Shown in pieces: positions 38,791 to 52,194 of a DNA stretch of 64,000 nt; the stretch's first letter is position 1; every line of letters starts with the position of its first letter. This stretch comes from Macrostomum lignano. Taxonomy: Eukaryota. The notes under the pieces are model-generated. The model was not told the DNA's origin, made no database searches, and worked only from the letters and a program-made list of their open reading frames with translations. The stretch spans positions 310,001 to 374,000 of the forward strand of contig NIVC01000202.1 in NCBI GenBank assembly GCA_002269645.1, read 5' to 3'. The position numbers and the translations under genes were made by a program.

Positions 38791-38974
38791 AGAGGAGGAG
38801 TTTTTTAAGAGATTAGAAATAGAAAAAGTGCATTTAAAGTTTAAAAAAAATTAATCATTTGGCTACTACGACGTAGCAGCTTAGTTCTCTACTACTTCTA
38901 CTGTTAGTAGGCAGTTAATAATGACGCTGCTATTTTCATACTTTCTGTCTTAGGAAACTTGAGCATCAGATCTC

Positions 38975-41900
38975 AACTTAAGATTGGGATCAGATCCATG
39001 GGGATTCTATATTGGGATCAGATCCATGGCGATTCGAGATTGGAATCAGATCCATGGCGATTCGAGATTGGGATCAGATCCATGGCGATTCGAGATTGGG
39101 ATCAGATCCATGGGGATTCGAGATTGGGATCAGATCTATGGGGATTCGAGATTGTGATCAGATCGATGGGGATTCGAGATTGTGATCAGATCGATGGGGA
39201 TTCGAGATTGGGATTCAGATCCATGGGGATTCTATATTGGGATCAGATCCATGGGGATTCGAGATTGGGATCAGATCCATGGGGATTCGAGATTGGGATC
39301 AGATCCATGGGGATTCGAGATTGGGATTCAGATCCATGGGGATTCTATATTGGGATCAGATCCATGGGGATTCGAGATTGGGATCAGATCCATGGGGATT
39401 CGAGATTGGGATCAGATCCATGGCGATTCGAGATTGGGATCAGATCCATGGGGATTCGAGATTGGGATCAGATCGATGGGGATTCGAGATTGTGATCAGA
39501 TCCTTTGGGATTCGAGATTGATATTAGATCCATGGCGATTCGAGATTGGAATCAGATCCATGGGGATTCGAGATTGGGATCAGATCCATGGGGATTGGAG
39601 ATTGGGATCAGATCCATGGAGATTCGAGATTGGGATCAGATCCATGGGGATTCTATATTGGGATCAGATCGATGGGGATTCTAGATTGGGATCAGATCGA
39701 TGGGGATTCGAGATTGGGATCAGATCGATGGGGATTCGAGATTGGGATCAGATCAATGGGGATTCGAGATTGGGATTAGATCCATGGGGATTCGAGATTG
39801 GGATCAGATCCAATGAGATTCGAGATTGATATCAGATCCATGGGGATTCTAGATTGGGATCAGATCCATGGAGATTCTAGATTGGGATCAGATCCATGGG
39901 GATTCGAGGTTGGGATCAGATCGATGGGGATTCGAGATTGGGATCAGATCGATGGGGATTCTAGATTGGGATTAGATCCATGGCGATTCGAGATTGGAAT
40001 CAGATCCATGGCGATTCGAGATTGGAATCAGATCCATGGCGATTCGAGATTGGGATCAGATCCATGGCGATTCGAGGTTGGAATCAGATCCATGGCGATT
40101 CGAGATTGGGATCAGATCCATGGCGATTCGAGATTGGGATCAGATCCATGGCGATTCGAGATTGGGATCAGATCCATGGCGATTCGAGATTGGGATCAGG
40201 TCCATGGGGATTCGAGATTGGGATCAGATCCATGGCGATTCGAGATTGGGATCAGATCCATGGGGATTCTATATTGGGATCAGATCGATGGGGATTCTAT
40301 ATTGGGATCAGATCCATGGGGATTCGAGATTGGGATCAGATCCATTGGGATTCGAGATTGATATCAGATCCATGGCGATTCGAGATTGGAATCAGATCCA
40401 TGGGGATTCGAGATTGGGATCAGATCGATGGGGATTCGAGATTGGGATCAGATCCATTGGGATTCGAGATTGATATCAGATCCATAGCGATTCGAGATTG
40501 GAATCAGATCCATGGGGATTCGAGATTGGGATCAGATCGATGGGGATTCTAGATTGGGATTAGATCCATGGCGATTCGAGATTGATATCAGATCCATTGG
40601 GATTCGAGATTGATATCAGATCCATGGGGATTCGAGATTGGGATCAGATCCATGGGGATTCGAGATTGGGATCAGATCCATGGAGATTCGAGATTGGGAT
40701 CAGATCCATGGGGATTCTATATTGGGATCAGATCGATGGGGATTCGAGATTGGGATCAGATCCATGGGGATTCTATATTGGGATCAGATCCATGGGGATT
40801 CGAGATTGGGATAAGATCCATGGGGATTCGAGATTGGGATCATATCGATGGGGATTCGAGATTGGGATCAGCTCCATGGGGATTCGAGATTGTGATCAGA
40901 TCGATGGGGATTCGAGATTGGGATCAGATCGATGGGGATTCGAGATTGGGATCAGATCGATGGGGATTCGAGATTGGGATCAGATCAATGGGGATTCGAG
41001 ATTGGGATTAGATCCAATGAGATTCGAGATTGATATCAGATCCATGGGGATTCTAGATTGGGATTAGATCCATGGGGATTCTAGATTGGGATTAGATCCA
41101 TGGAGATTCTAGATTGGGATTAGATCCATGGGGATTCGAGGTTGGGATCAGATCGATGGGGATTCGAGATTGGGATCAGATCGATGGGGATTCTAGACTG
41201 GGATTAGATCCATGGGGATTCGAGGTTGGGATCAGATCGATGGGGATTCGAGATTGGGATCAGATCGATGGGGATTCGAGATTGGGATCAGATCGATGGG
41301 GATTCGAGATTAGGATCAGATCAATGGGGATTCGAGATTGGGATTAGATCCATGGGGATTCGAGATTGGGATCAGATCCAATGAGATTCGAGATTGATAT
41401 CAGATCCATGGCGATTCGAGATTGGAATCAGATCCATGGGGATTCGAGATTGGGATCAGATCCATTGGGATTCGAGATTGATATCAGATTCATGGCGATT
41501 CGAGATTGGAATCAGATCCATGGGGATTCGAGATTGGGATCAGATCCATGGAGATTCTAGATTGGGATCAGATCCATGGGGATTCGAGGTTGGGATCAGA
41601 TCGATGGGGATTCGAGATTGGGATCAGATCGATGGGGATTCTAGATTGGGATTAGATCCATGGCGATTCGAGATTGGAATCAGATCCATGGCGATTCGAG
41701 ATTGGAATCAGATCCATGGCGATTCGAGATTGGGATCAGATCCATGGCGATTCGAGGTTGGAATCAGATCCATGGCGATTCGAGATTGGGATCAGATCCA
41801 TGGCGATTCGAGATTGGGATCAGATCCATGGCGATTCGAGATTGGGATCAGATCCATGGCGATTCGAGATTGGGATCAGGTCCATGGGGATTCGAGATTG

Positions 41901-43470
41901 GGATCAGATCCATGGCGATTCGAGATTGGGATCAGATCCATGGGGATTCTATATTGGGATCAGATCGATGGGGATTCTATATTGGGATCAGATCGATGGG
42001 GATTCGAGATTGGGATCAGATCGATGGGGATTCGAGATTGGGATCAGATCGATGGGGATTGGAGATTGGGATCAGATCCATGGAGATTCGAGATTGGGAT
42101 CAGATCCATGGGGATTCTATATTGGGATCAGATCGATGGGGATTCGAGATTGGGATCAGATCGATGGGGATTCGAGATTGGGATCAGATCGATGGGGATT
42201 CGAGATTGGGATCAGATCAATGGGGATTCGAGATTGGGATTAGATCCATGGGGATTCGAGATTGGGATCAGATCCAATGAGATTCGAGATTGATATCAGA
42301 TCCATGGGGATTCTAGATTGGGATCAGATCCATGGAGATTCTAGATAGGGATCAGATCCATGGGGATTCGAGGTTGGGATCAGATCGATGGGGATTCGAG
42401 ATTGGGATCAGATCGATGGGGATTCTAGATTGGGATTAGATCCATGGCGATTCGAGATTGGAATCAGATCCATGGCGATTCGAGATTGGAATCAGATCCA
42501 TGGCGATTCGAGATTGGGATCAGATCCATGGCGATTCGAGGTTGGAATCAGATCCATGGCGATTCGAGATTGGGATCAGATCCATGGCGATTCGAGATTG
42601 GGATCAGATCCATGGCGATTCGAGATTGGGATCAGATCCATGGCGATTCGAGATTGGGATCAGGTCCATGGGGATTCGAGATGGGGATCAAATCCATGGC
42701 GATTCGAGATTGGGATCAGATCCATGGGGATTCGAGATTGGGATCAGATCGATGGGGATTCTATATTGGGATCAGATCCATGGGGATTCGAGATTGGGAT
42801 CAGATCCATGGGGATTCGAGATTGATATCAGATCCATGGCGATTCGAGATTGGAATCAGATCCATGGGGATTCGAGATTGGGATCAGATCGATGGGGATT
42901 CGAGATTGGGATCAGATCCATTGGGATTCGAGATTGATATCAGATCCATGGCGATTCGAGATTGGAATCAGATCCATGGGGATTCGAGATTGGGATCAGA
43001 TCGATGGGGATTCTAGATTGGGATTAGATCCATGGCGATTCGAGATTGATATCAGATCCATGGGGATTCTAGATTGGGATTAGATCCATGGAGATTCTAG
43101 ATTGGGATTAGATCCATGGGGATTCGAGGTTGGGATCAGATCGATGGGGATTCGAGATTGGGATCAGATCGATGGGGATTCTAGATTGGGATTAGATCCA
43201 TGGGGATTCGAGGTTGGGATCAGATCGATGGGGATTCGAGATTGGGATCAGATCGATGGGGATTCGAGATTGAAATCAGATCGATGGGGATTCGAGATTG
43301 GGATCAGATCCATGGGGATTCGAGATTGGGATCAGATCCATGGGGATTCGAGATTGGGATCAGTTCCATGGGGATTCGAGATTGGGATCAGATCCATGGG
43401 GATTCGAGATTGGGATCAGATCCATGGGGATTCGAGATTGGGATCAGATCCATGGGGATTCGAGATTGTG
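38975..43470 (+). repeat. 28-bp satellite, about 160 copies, with higher-order blocks
   Basis: Unit gggatcagatccatggggattcgagatt. Confidence 0.98.
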
Positions 43471-43842
43471 ATCACAGACACTTGGGATTTGAGTAATCTA
43501 GGGCTTTCAACTTGCGATGAACTTCTAGGGATTCTAGGAAGGAGATTAAACCCTCCCCCAAAAATCGTCCCAATTGGCTGCAACCAATGAAGCATTCGCT
43601 TACATCGCCTTACGCCGCCCACCTCTAATGCTATTTATTGTCTAAAGCTAAGGATTGGAGGAAATGGCATAGAAACTAACGTACGTCATTATCCAAGAAT
43701 TGTGTTCTATTGAAAATAAATAAATATTACGAGCATAAAAACTGTGTCGACAAAGTCAGGTGAGAGTGTCTCTTAAATACCTAAGGGTCAGTTCACTTGA
43801 GTTAATAACAAATATTTTTATCTTTTTGGCGGGGGTCGTTTG

Positions 43843-44800
43843 ATGAGCTCGAAACTTCACAAGCTCGAAACTTCACAAGCTCGAAACTTCACAAGCTCGA
43901 ATCTTCACAAGCTCGAAGCTTCACAAGCTCGAATCTTAACAAGCTCGAAACTTCACAAGCTCGAATCTTCACAAGCTCGAATCTTAACAAGCTCGAAACT
44001 TCACAAGCTCGAATCTTCACAAGCTCGAATCTTCACACTCTCGAATCTTCACACTCTCGAATCTTCACACTCTCGAATCTTCACACTCTCGAATCTTCAC
44101 ACTCTCGAATCTTCACACTCTCGAATCTTCACACTCTCGAATCTTCACACTCTCGAATCCTCACACTCTCGAATCTTCACAAGCTCGAATCCTCACACTC
44201 TCGAATCTTCACACTCTCGAATCTTCACACTCTCGAATCTTCACACTCTCGAATCTTCACACTCTCGAATCTTCACACTCTCGAATCTTAACAAGCTCGA
44301 AACTTCACAAGCTCGAATCTTCACAAGCTCGAATCTTCACACTCTCGAATCTTCACACTCTCGAATCTTCACACTCTCGAATCTTCACACTCTCGAATCT
44401 TCACACTCTCGAATCTTCACACTCTCGAATCTTCACACTCTCGAATCTTCACACTCTCAAATCTTCACACTCTCGAATCTTCACACTCTCGAATCCTCAC
44501 ACTCTCGAATCTTCACAAGCTCGAATCTTCACAAGCTCGAATCTTCACAAGCTCGAAACTTCCCAAGCTCGAAACTTCCCAAGCTCGAAACTTCACAAGC
44601 TCGAATCTTCACAAGCTCGAAACTTCCCAAGCTCGAAACTTCCCAAGCTCGAAACTTCACAAGCTCGAAACTTCACAAGCTCGAAGCTTCCCAAGCTCAA
44701 AACTTCACAAGCTCGAAACTTCACAATCTCGAAACCTTCACATGCTCGAATCTTCACAAGCTCGAAACTTTAAAAGCTCGAAGCTTCACAAGCTCGGAAA
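43843..44800 (+). repeat. 16-bp minisatellite
   Basis: Unit aagctcgaatcttcac / actctcgaatcttcac. Confidence 0.96.
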
Positions 44801-45329
44801 TTATGAAGCTTACTTGTCACTTTTTTCAGCTCATAACCTTTAGCTCAAGCCTGACTTGCCCTAAACGCCAATGAATGTTGCTTGGCGTGACTCTCCTGGC
44901 GCAAAATTTCGATTGCTGCCAATTCATTTTTCTTAGAAAACCCCTTCGGTGAATAACTGGCACACTAGCTGTGCTGGCCAGCCAACTGCAGTGCTGGGAG
45001 CGACATCCGGGTTCCCATATTTGAGCCACTTCTTCAACTCTGAGGGTGGCACGGGAGCGACTCGCAGCTGAGAGCTGATGAGGAAGCCTAACTGGTCAAA
45101 CAGGATGAAGGAAGCTGGGGAAGGGGAGGGCAAATGGCAAATGGCGAGAGGGGAAATTGCTAAAAAAAAGTTGCACAGACGCAATTCAACGGATATTTGT
45201 ATGAAGATTACTAACGGCAGTCAAGGCACCAGAGGCTGGCTGCAGCTAGCCAGCAAACCGAAATCTTTCTAGCAAGCTTTTAGAGCTGAGAGGCTGGCAT
45301 AGGATGGTATGGTGAATGAAGGACATGGG

Positions 45330-46245
45330 CACGAAGGAAGGACAAGAGAGAGAGGCAGGGGAAGGACACGAGAGAGAGAGGCAGGGAAGGACACGAGAGA
45401 GAGGCAGGGGAAGGACGCGAGAGAGAGGCAGGGGAAGGACGCGAGAGAGAGGCAAGGGAAGGACGCGAGAGAGAGGCAAGGGAAGGACACGAGAGAGAGG
45501 CAGGGGAAGGAAGCGAGAGAGAGGCAGGGGAAGGACACGAGAGAGAGGCAGGGAAGGACACGAGAGAGAGGCAGGGGAAGGACACGAGAGAGAGGCAGGG
45601 GAAGGACACGAGAGAGAGAGGCAGGGAAGGACACGAGAGAGAGGCAGGGGAAGGACGCGAGAGAGAGGCAGGGGAAGGACGCGAGAGAGAGGCAAGGGAA
45701 GGACGCGAGAGAGAGGCAAGGGAAGGACACGAGAGAGAGGCAGGGGAAGGACGCGAGAGAGAGGCAGGGGAAGGACACGAGAGAGAGGCAGGGAAGGACA
45801 CGAGAGAGAGGCAGGGGAAGGACACGAGAGAGAGGCAGGGGAAGGACGCGAGAGAGAGGCAGGGGAAGGACGCGAGAGAGAGGCAAGGGAAGGACGCGAG
45901 AGAGAGGCAGGGGAAGGACGCGAGAGAGAGGCAAGGGAAGGACGCGAGAGAGAGGCAGGGGAAGGACGCGAGAGAGAGGCAAGGGAAGGACGCGAGAGAG
46001 AGGCAGGGGAAGGACGCGAGAGAGAGGCAAGGGAAGGACGCGAGAGAGAGGCAAGGGAAGGACGCGAGAGAGAGGCAGGGGAAGGACGCGAGAGAGAGGC
46101 AAGGGAAGGACACGAGAGAGAGGCAGGGGAAGGACGCGAGAGAGAGGCAGGGGAAGGACGCGAGAGAGAGGCAAGGGAAGGACGCGAGAGAGAGGCAGGG
46201 GAAGGACACGAGAGAGAGAGGCAAAGAAGGACACGAGAGAGACAA
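45330..46245 (+). repeat. 22-25-bp purine-rich minisatellite
   Basis: Unit gagagagaggcaggggaaggacgc. Confidence 0.95.
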
Positions 46246-46696
46246 AAGAGAGATGCAAGAGTGCCATCCGACAGCCGGGAAAAAGAGTTAAAGAAGATAG
46301 CCCTTAAGGAGTGACTAATGATGAGAAAGAGGAAAAGAAGAAAATTAAAGCCATATATTGAACATGCGGGAAATGGAATAATTTTAAAGTAATTCCCCAT
46401 GTCCGAAATTTTTCGAAAAGTCTACCACTAATAAGGACTTATCCTAGCTTAATATTGTATAAAGCATTACTATGCCCAAGTTCATTAAGGATTTGCACTT
46501 CTTTCCTTGATAGAGGAAGGCAATGAGAGAGAGATGAGACGTGGTACTTGATCAGAGGTGTGAGCGGCAGCGGCTTGTTAGCGGGGGTGGGTCGGGCAGA
46601 TGAAAGAGAAAGTGTCAAAGTAAAGATAAGATTGGGCAGTTGGAAGATTCACCTCCTCTCACGCTGAGCCCCCCCCCCGTTCTCACCCCTGCTCAG

Positions 46697-47109
46697 GCAC
46701 GGAGTCGCCTTCCCTGTTGGACCGGAGCGACTCGCTGCCAGTGGACGACCTGGGGATGGGCGAGCGGCTGCAGGCCGGCTTCATTGGCCAGCAGCAGGGG
46801 AGGCGGTCAGCGAGGCAGCCGCAGCCGCTGCTACAACAGCCGGCCCCGTCGCTGCTGCCACCGCCGCCGCTGCCACCGCCTCCGAGTTCAGCCGGGCACA
46901 GACGAGGCAGTTTCCAGTCGATGCGAACCCACAGCCTGGACCAGCAGCAGCAGCAGCAGCAGCAGCAGGCAGAGGGCGGTACGGATGGACTCGCCGCCGC
47001 CTCCGCAGCCGACTGCAACAACGGCAAGATGGCGTCAAAATCGATGGATTCGTGTCTGGACGATCCGATGTCTTCGACTGATGGACAGCAGATTCAGCAG
47101 CCGGTGCCT

Positions 47110-47145
<36 letters not shown>

Positions 47146-47558
47146 TTGCTGCGCAAGAAGCGTCCCAGCCTCCGGATGAAGCTCGGCCGCTTCGGCTCTG
47201 GCCGGCAATTCGGCCGGAGCGGCAGCGGCAGCGGCAGCGGCGGAGTTGGCAACTCAACGGAGGCACCGGCTGGCGACGAGGCCGAAGTCGGCGAGGACTC
47301 CCCGCTGAGGGACCAGCAGCAGCAGCAGCAAGGAGCAACATCCGCAACCGCAGTTGGCGACGATCTCGAACTCGGCGAGCTGGAGGACCCGAAGCAGAGC
47401 ACGTCCAGCTACCTCAAGGAGCAGTTCTTCGCCTTCTTCCAGCCGTCCGACAACAAGCTGGCCATGAAGCTGTTCGGCAACAAGAACGCCCTGCTGAAGG
47501 AGAAGCGCCGGCAGCAGCAGAGCGGCAAATGGATCATCCACCCGTGCAGCAACTTCAG
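46697..47558 (+). CDS. HCN: HCN/Ih channel exon 2 (polyQ N-terminus plus HCN domain)
   Basis: GCTCAG acceptor. It encodes SYLKEQFFAFFQPSDNKLAMKLFGNKNALLKEKRRQQQSGKWIIHPCSNFR, the diagnostic HCN-domain motif. AG|GTAGGC donor. Confidence 0.95.
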
Positions 47559-47959
47559 GTAGGCTGAGAGAACCGCTCGGAATAAAAGTACAAAAGCGCC
47601 GGTGCACCGCAGTAGTGGCAATCAATTTCTGTGCCACGCGACAAAAAACACAAAAGATGCGCAGGAAATGAGGAGGCGAAGAAGAAGAGGAGAAGAGGGA
47701 GGAAAAGTCGACACTCGGGTCTTTTGGCTGCCTCTTCCGTTTTTTTGCTTTGAACAGCAACAGAAAATGTTGAAACCCGAAACTGCGTGTTGAGAAACCG
47801 GAGAGAAAAATGGATTATAAGACGAACCCCGGTCGAATGAAGACTTGAAACAACTGGTTGGGGGGGTTGCTTAATCACTGCAGAAGTCCCTAGCGAGGGC
47901 CGGTGCGCGCAGATAAATGACCGAATGCCATGGCTAAGTAATAATAATGATAATAATTG

Positions 47960-48215
47960 ATTACACCTGCCCTAATTGGGCCAGATGTGCAACCGACAGC
48001 TCAGCCGCAGCTATTGCGCGGCGCATCTGAAGGCTGCGTACGGCTGTTCAGTCCAAGGACTGGGGGGTCGCCACACACAGCCTCAATTACCCCAGCTAAT
48101 GCTGGCACCAGAGTTGTGTCTCGCTCAAGGACACAAATTGTTCCGAGTGGGATCGGGAATCGAACCCCCGACCTTCAAGTCTTGAGTCCGACGCTCTAGT
48201 CACTAGGCTACAGCC
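47960..48215 (-). mobile_element. SINE family 1 copy (about 35-bp deletion in the core)
   Basis: Same head and body as 23294 and 57549; (ata)n tail at 47941-47958. Confidence 0.88.
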
Positions 48216-48999
48216 CCCTGGCTAAGTAAAGTAGATAGGAAAACTGTTGCAGTCGACCTCCATCAATTTTTGCCATAGACAACTCCGGTAGAGAAACATC
48301 TCCAACACTGCACAAGAAAGATTGGAACTGCTAAAAGTTTGCCATAAGTTTTCTTGCTTACTATCTCCGGTTACATCTCATAAAGAATGATCACTTCATA
48401 AACTTGTGACTCCACCTCGAACGATAAGAAGTTGATATTTTGTGAATCTTGTGCAACGGAATTTTCAGGATCTGTGTCCAGTTCTGCTTTAGCAGTCCAT
48501 GTTCGATCCATACTAGCAGGATATCCGAAAATTGCCCGTCCAGTTCCCGCCAATGACGCTTACACTTCTGATGAAATTGCTTGGGGCTACTGATGGGGCT
48601 GCCCCAGCAACATTTTTCATTTCTCAGTCTGAAGCCAGCCTTGCCTGCCTCTGGCTGATTGCCAGTCAGCGGATTCTGCTTCCGCAAGAGAAAAGTCTGG
48701 TGGATTAATCAGATTAGAGTGAAAGGTTGCTTCGGCACCTCTGCTTTCTGCCAAATCTCTCTCTAAATGGTTTTTATTTTGACCCTGCCAAATTTTGATT
48801 GGCGCCTGATGGTGAATTGTGAGGAATATTTATGCAGGCTCCGGCACTCGACAACTTAACAAGGCTAAGTGTGTGCCGGTTGGTTTTTAAGTGTCTGCTT
48901 GTGCTTCGTAGTATGACTTCTAACAGAACATGACGCTTCATTTTAACAAAGATCCGATTCATAATTTACAAAAAGATTAGTTAGATAAGATAAAAAATA

Positions 49000-49350
49000 A
49001 AAGATGCTGAGATCCCCATCCCGAGTCCCAAAGATGCTAAGATCCCCATCCAAAAACCCATAAGATGTTGAGATCCCCATCCCGAATCCCATAGATGCTG
49101 AGAATCCCCTTCGGAGTCCCATATAGATGCTGAGACCCCCCTTCGGAGTCCCATAGATGCTGAGATCCCCATCCAAAATTTCACAGATGCTGAGATCCTC
49201 ATCCAGAATCCCACAGATGCTGAGATCCCCATCCAAAATCCCACGGATGCTGAGATCCCCATCCAAAATCTCACAGATGCTGAGATCCCCATCCAAAATC
49301 CAATAAAATGCTGAGATCCCATCCAGAATCCCACAGATGCTGAGATCCCC
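49000..49350 (-). repeat. 30-bp minisatellite, block 1
   Basis: The + strand unit is gatgctgagatccccatccagaatcccaca. Confidence 0.92.
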
Positions 49351-50059
49351 ATCCTAGATCTCCAGTGCCCCCAGATTCACCAAAATGCTGAGTGATCCCA
49401 ATTCTAAAAACCTCAGCCCCAAAGTGTCCCCCCCCCTCTAAATCTTATGCAAATCAAAGCGAATTGCGTTTAAATGATCGAAAAGAGAGAGAGAAAAAAT
49501 TGCTGCTTCAAGCGGCTCGTTAAACGCCAACCCATTCGCCTCATTTGAGGACGGCCCGTGCACCGGCATCGGCTCAGGCCGGCCCAGCAATCAGCAATGG
49601 AAGAAAATGGAAGCAGACGAACAGAATTCGTGAAACAGGACTGGGGAGAGGGGATGAGCTCAGAGCAGTGTAGGAGCTCCGAGTGATCGACCAGTTGGTT
49701 TTCTCCTCTGCCTTAATGACGACAGAGTTGGAGGCTCAGAGAGGTGCAGTGGACAACAAGTGCGCACAGTCGGGCTTTCGGCCAACTCATTCCCGCTAAA
49801 TCCTTAGGAATGTTTTTCTCCGTGTGCCCGCCCCGGTCTCTTCCCGCCCTCATTCCCCAGCTCGTCACGCCGAAGAATCGATTTCATCGAAGTATCAATT
49901 TTAGCCCTTGGAAAGCCGGCAAATCACCGCTGCCCTGTCTTCATCCAGCAGTCAAAACTATGCTCGTATGATAAATGAAAAATATTCGAATCCCGAATAT
50001 TTCAAATTTCATAAATGTCGAGATCCCCACCCCGAATCTCATCGGTTCTGAGATCTCCA

Positions 50060-50670
50060 TCACAAATCCCTAGTCCAGCAGATGCTGAGATCCCCATCTC
50101 GCGTCCCATAGATGCTGAGATCCCCATCTCGAGTCCCATAGATGCTGAGATCCCCATCTCGAGTCCCATAGATGCTGAGATCCCCATTCAGAATCCCATA
50201 GATGCTGAGATCCCCATCTCGAGTCCCATAGATGCTAAGATCCCCATCTTGAATCTCATCGGTTCTGAGATCTCCATCACAAATCCCTAGTCCATCAGAT
50301 GCTGAGATCCCTATCTCGAGTTCCATAGATGCTGAGATCCCCATCCCGAGTCCGATACACGCTGAGACCCCCATCCAGAATCCCATAGATGCTGAGATCC
50401 CCATCCTGAATCCCATAGATGCTGAGATCTTCATCTCGAATCTCCTAGATGCTGAGATCCCCATCCTGAATCCCATAGATGCTGAGATCTCCATCTCGAA
50501 TCTCCTAGATGCTGAGATCCCCATTCTGGATCCCATAGATGCTGAGATCCCCATTCTGAATCCCATAGATGCTGAGATCGCCATCTCGAAGCTCCTAGAT
50601 GCTGAGATCTCCATCCTGAATCCCATAGATGCTGAGATCTCCATCTCGAATCTCCTAGATGCTGAGATCC
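50060..50670 (-). repeat. 30-bp minisatellite, block 2
   Basis: The + strand unit is gatgctgagatccccatctcgagtcccata. Confidence 0.93.
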
Positions 50671-50992
50671 CTATACGAGCGTATTCGAAATTCGACCATT
50701 TGTTAACTGCCTTCCGAGGTTTTGAGTAACAATCCGCCCTGACGTACCCTTCTGTGTGCTCAGGCGTCAGCGGAATGGGCATGGACTGCTTAAAAATCTG
50801 TTTTGTATATTCTTTTAATGCTAATTTACAGTATAGGTTTAGCTAATAGGGAGTTTCTAGTGAAGACCCTTTCTGCTGACATACTTTTTACTTTCCACAT
50901 GTGTACACAGATAAGTGTACGAGTACACACTCCGTGCCCTTAGGGTTAATCCCGTTGAGCTCACTTAGCTCGTAATTCCTTTTATATTGCAG

Positions 50993-51156
50993 ATTCTATT
51001 GGGACTTGCTAATGCTGGTGCTGCTAATCACCAACCTGGTTGTGCTGCCCGTGGCCATCTCATTTTTCAACGATGACCTCAGCCCGCAATGGATCATTTT
51101 CAATTGCGTGTCAGACACTATTTTCCTCAGCGATATTGCCGTCAACTTTCGGACTG
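50993..51156 (+). CDS. HCN: HCN exon 3 (S1-S2)
   Basis: RFYWDLLMLVLLITNLVVLPVAISFFNDDLSPQWIIFNCVSDTIFLSDIAVNFRTG; TTGCAG and GTGAGG sites. Confidence 0.96.
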
Positions 51157-51969
51157 GTGAGGCCATTTCTTCTATTGGCTGAGGGAGAGAAAAAGGGGTG
51201 TTGGGCTAGGGACGGCGGAGAATTTGGCCAGCGCTGATTGGCTAGGAAGGGAAAGAGTTTTATGATCCGAGGGTAAAAAAGGCAGACGGGCTCCGATTGG
51301 CTGGGGGTGCTTTCAAAGTTTAGAGCACATTTTCTGGTTTACTCCTTCTTTTGTAAACGCCTTCGCAACAGATCCCAGGAGCATACTAAATGCATCGTCG
51401 ATTACGATAGGCTCGTAAATATACGTTCCAAAGACTACTCAAGTAGAAGGACGGGACACTAATTTTCTTGGAAAAAATTAGGAGAATGGCTTTACCAAAA
51501 AAAATATACATTACAGAGAATGGAGATTTTCATTTTTCAGCACAACAATTGTTATTGCTTTCGATAGGAGGCAGACCTAATTTTCATCTTTTGATATGAC
51601 TTGACTTTCCTATATAGCTCTATTGATATTCATTTAGCTTTTTGTTCAGCAAATTAAGATTCTATGCTAATTTTATATCATACGTACATTAAAGGACAGT
51701 GATAAATGTTATCACTGGGTTTTAATACCTTCAGCACAGCCTCACTGACAGAACTGAGTAAAGCGAATGATGCAGTCGAACACCTACTCAACTCGGCCCT
51801 TATGTCGAGAGCACTTTTCTATAGCCCTCCAATAGCTACTTCACGCTTCAGTTGACCCATCGACCTCTCAGCTTGTGTTATGCCCGCCCCCACTCAAGAC
51901 ACTAATCAGCCCTCAGCTGCAACCCTCCATCAACTCTCCTCTCCACTCTTCTCCTCCGCTGTTCTGCAG

Positions 51970-52137
51970 GCGTCATCACTAACGATTTTGCGGAGGAGAT
52001 TGTACTTGATCCGAAAATGATCGCCCAGCACTACATGAAGTCCTGGTTCTTCCTCGACCTAATCTCGTCCATTCCCATGGACTATATTTTCCTGGTGCTG
52101 AACCAGCGGAACAATATGAGCCAACTGATGCACGCAG
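51970..52137 (+). CDS. HCN: HCN exon 4 (S3)
   Basis: EEIVLDPKMIAQHYMKSWFFLDLISSIPMDYIFL; phases consistent. Confidence 0.96.
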
Positions 52138-52194
52138 GTAAAAAAACCTGAAATTGATTAACATTTTATATGAATGACAACTAATTTACTAGAG

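Noticed and set aside
38959-43590. Many overlapping GIRSMGIRDWDQ ORFs
   Set aside because: All three frames of the 28-bp satellite give the same peptide, so this is a repeat artefact.
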